Of a stretch of DNA of 64,000 bases, positions 62,301 through 64,000 are shown piece by piece (position 1 is the first letter of the stretch; each line of letters opens with the position of its first letter). The notes under the pieces are model-generated. The model had not been told where the DNA came from. It saw only the letters and a program-made list of their open reading frames with translations, and did no database searches. The stretch comes from Nemertoderma westbladi (Eukaryota; Animalia; Xenacoelomorpha). Position numbers and translations under genes: made by a program. Location of the stretch: NCBI GenBank assembly GCA_032718475.1, contig JAUCBJ010002187.1, positions 1 through 64,000 on the forward strand, in the 5' to 3' direction.

Positions 62301-64000
62301 ATCTCTGCTCATTATCCTGGAACTATCCTGTAGTCCATGTGAATGCACATGGCTGTCCATCTTTGTGTGTCTATCTTGTAGCTTTCCCCTGTCCATATTT
62401 TTGCTGCTATCTTGTATCCTATCATTAGACAATGCGGACATGGTCCTGTATCCAACTCTAGCCCTTCCCATCTGGCGAGTATCGAGTGATATCCCCTTGT
62501 CCATCTTCTTGCGACTATCCACTTCCCTATCCAAAACTAAGTCAGAGTGATTATCATTTGACCGTTTTACATAAGCATCACTATCGATAATATAGGTCAT
62601 TCCTCGTGAATCTGCAATCTCAATGTCCTTAGATTCAAGCGACCTTATTTCCATCAGTAACCTCTGTTGATTTTCTAACTGCCTATTAGCAAATTCCTCA
62701 TCTGAGCTTAATGTATGGAATTGTGGTTTATGTTTGCTACCAAATTCCTTTTCATTCCAATTTCTCAATGGTGATAGATAATCGTTATATTCACCTTCTT
62801 CAAACTCGTCTTTGTCTTTCTCTGTTATTTCTTGATATTCAAAAATGTAATCTTCGTTTTTTAAATCAGAAGTGAATTGTTGTTGAAGGGGCTTTGCCCT
62901 GTTGTTTATAGATCTAGCTGAAAATTTCGAAGTACTGTCTGGTTGATCGGGATATGAAGATTTCCGGTTAGGTTTTGTATGATTCTTACTCAAAGGTAAT
63001 GAATCATCATAAATTGCCCTTGTGCCTTTGGCATCCAATCCACGTTTTAGAGAAGCAGCTACTCCATCACTCTTATGTTTGAAAACAGAAGAAGTTCGCA
63101 TTGGTTGCGACCTACGACAGTTAAAATTTTCATTGCTACCATCTTCAGATGACATGGTTTCCGAGATTTTACCAGTTTCCGAAAGTTTACCAGCCATAGC
63201 TGCCTTTCTACTAGCTTGGGGAGATTGTCTATAAGGACCAGTGTCTGAATTACTGGAGTATCGATCATTACGACTTTGTACACTACTGCTTGAAGATAAT
63301 TCGCTTGAAATTGAATGTTTTACTGGATTTTTTTTAGGGATAACTTTAACTGTGGAGTCTGACTGTGAAAAATCTTCTTCAGAAAAGTGTGTCAATGATT
63401 TTTGCCTTTTCTTGGTCGAAATATTTGCTCGGCTTGATGACGTTGTGGATAGTAACGATTCGCTTGATGAGCTACCACATCCATATCTACGGTCATCTTT
63501 CTTGGACTTACTTCCCGCAAATGAGTGCATTTTCGAGGAGGTTGAATGTTTGGACATTTTAGAGAAATATTGGTCGGTTTTGACTCTGTTTTTGGGATCA
63601 CTTCTGGCTGAAATTTTGGTGTCTTTTTTGACTGAATTCTTGATAAACACTTGTTCAAGATCCTGTTCATCTATTACAAAATGATCCCCTTGTTTTTTCA
63701 TTTTTACAAGGCATTTCTTTCCGTCCGTACCTTTCACATAAACAGCAGGGACGTTAAACTTTTTGATAGAGCTTTGTTTGGAACGCACATGTGACCTTTT
63801 TAACTTGCTTGAGTGAAGTCCTTTTAATTTATGTGTTGAATACCTAATTTCAGACTCAGAATTAGTTGAAGCTGATAAAGATTTCTCTGAATCAGATTCA
63901 GACAAGGAAACAGAGTCGTCTTGGCTGTCGCTAGAAGATGAAATATGCTGCTTTACTCTTGGTGATATCCGCTTCCTTATAGTCTGCAGTGGTTTGGTTG
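56342..64000 (-). CDS. TATDN2: Giant exon (>7.6 kb, open to window edge) of TatD/TATDN2-like nuclease: S/K/R/D-rich disordered region, tandem CCCH+CCHC zinc-finger array, then start of TatD domain (YIDTHCH)
   Basis: 2529-aa ORF; the frame stays open upstream of the TTG at 63905 to the window end. Ends with RRYIDTHCHIDLLY...PDNYEG and donor G|GTGAGA at 56341, phase-compatible with the 55724 exon. Confidence 0.88.

Noticed and set aside
63903-63905. TTG start given by the ORF track for the 2529-aa protein
   Set aside because: The frame stays open to the window edge and the gene is eukaryotic, so the true start lies beyond position 64000.

Overview
AT-rich, intron-containing animal (invertebrate-type) genomic DNA; it is not prokaryotic. 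About 28 kb of the 64 kb is tandem minisatellite (17-, 36-, 33/30-, 24-, 38- and 24-bp units), and these arrays explain nearly all the very long ORFs in the track. Four real genes can be supported. (1) An intronless PRELI/Slowmo-family gene (9045-9803, +). (2) A spliced minus-strand gene with five (F/W)G(K/R/T)xGxGAP motifs reminiscent of CSPP1 (about 15216-34258), with a 14-kb satellite-filled intron. (3) A small secreted 12-Cys peptide ORF (44048-44311, -). (4) A spliced TatD/TATDN2-type nuclease (49188 to beyond 64000, -) whose >7.6-kb exon encodes 11 tandem CCCH+CCHC zinc-finger modules and 4 extra zinc knuckles; this is the best candidate for an undescribed system. Its introns hold a ~79-copy amplification of its own exon end and splice donor, and a Penelope-like retroelement relic (RT thumb, GIY-YIG, inverted terminal repeats with a degenerate hammerhead). 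Also present are a hAT-type element with an 8-bp TSD, several MITEs/foldback elements, a ~50-bp module shared by unrelated MITEs, and many TA-CAG/CTG-TA transposon excision footprints. Exon boundaries were inferred by eye from GT/AG sites and frame continuity; no database searches were run.
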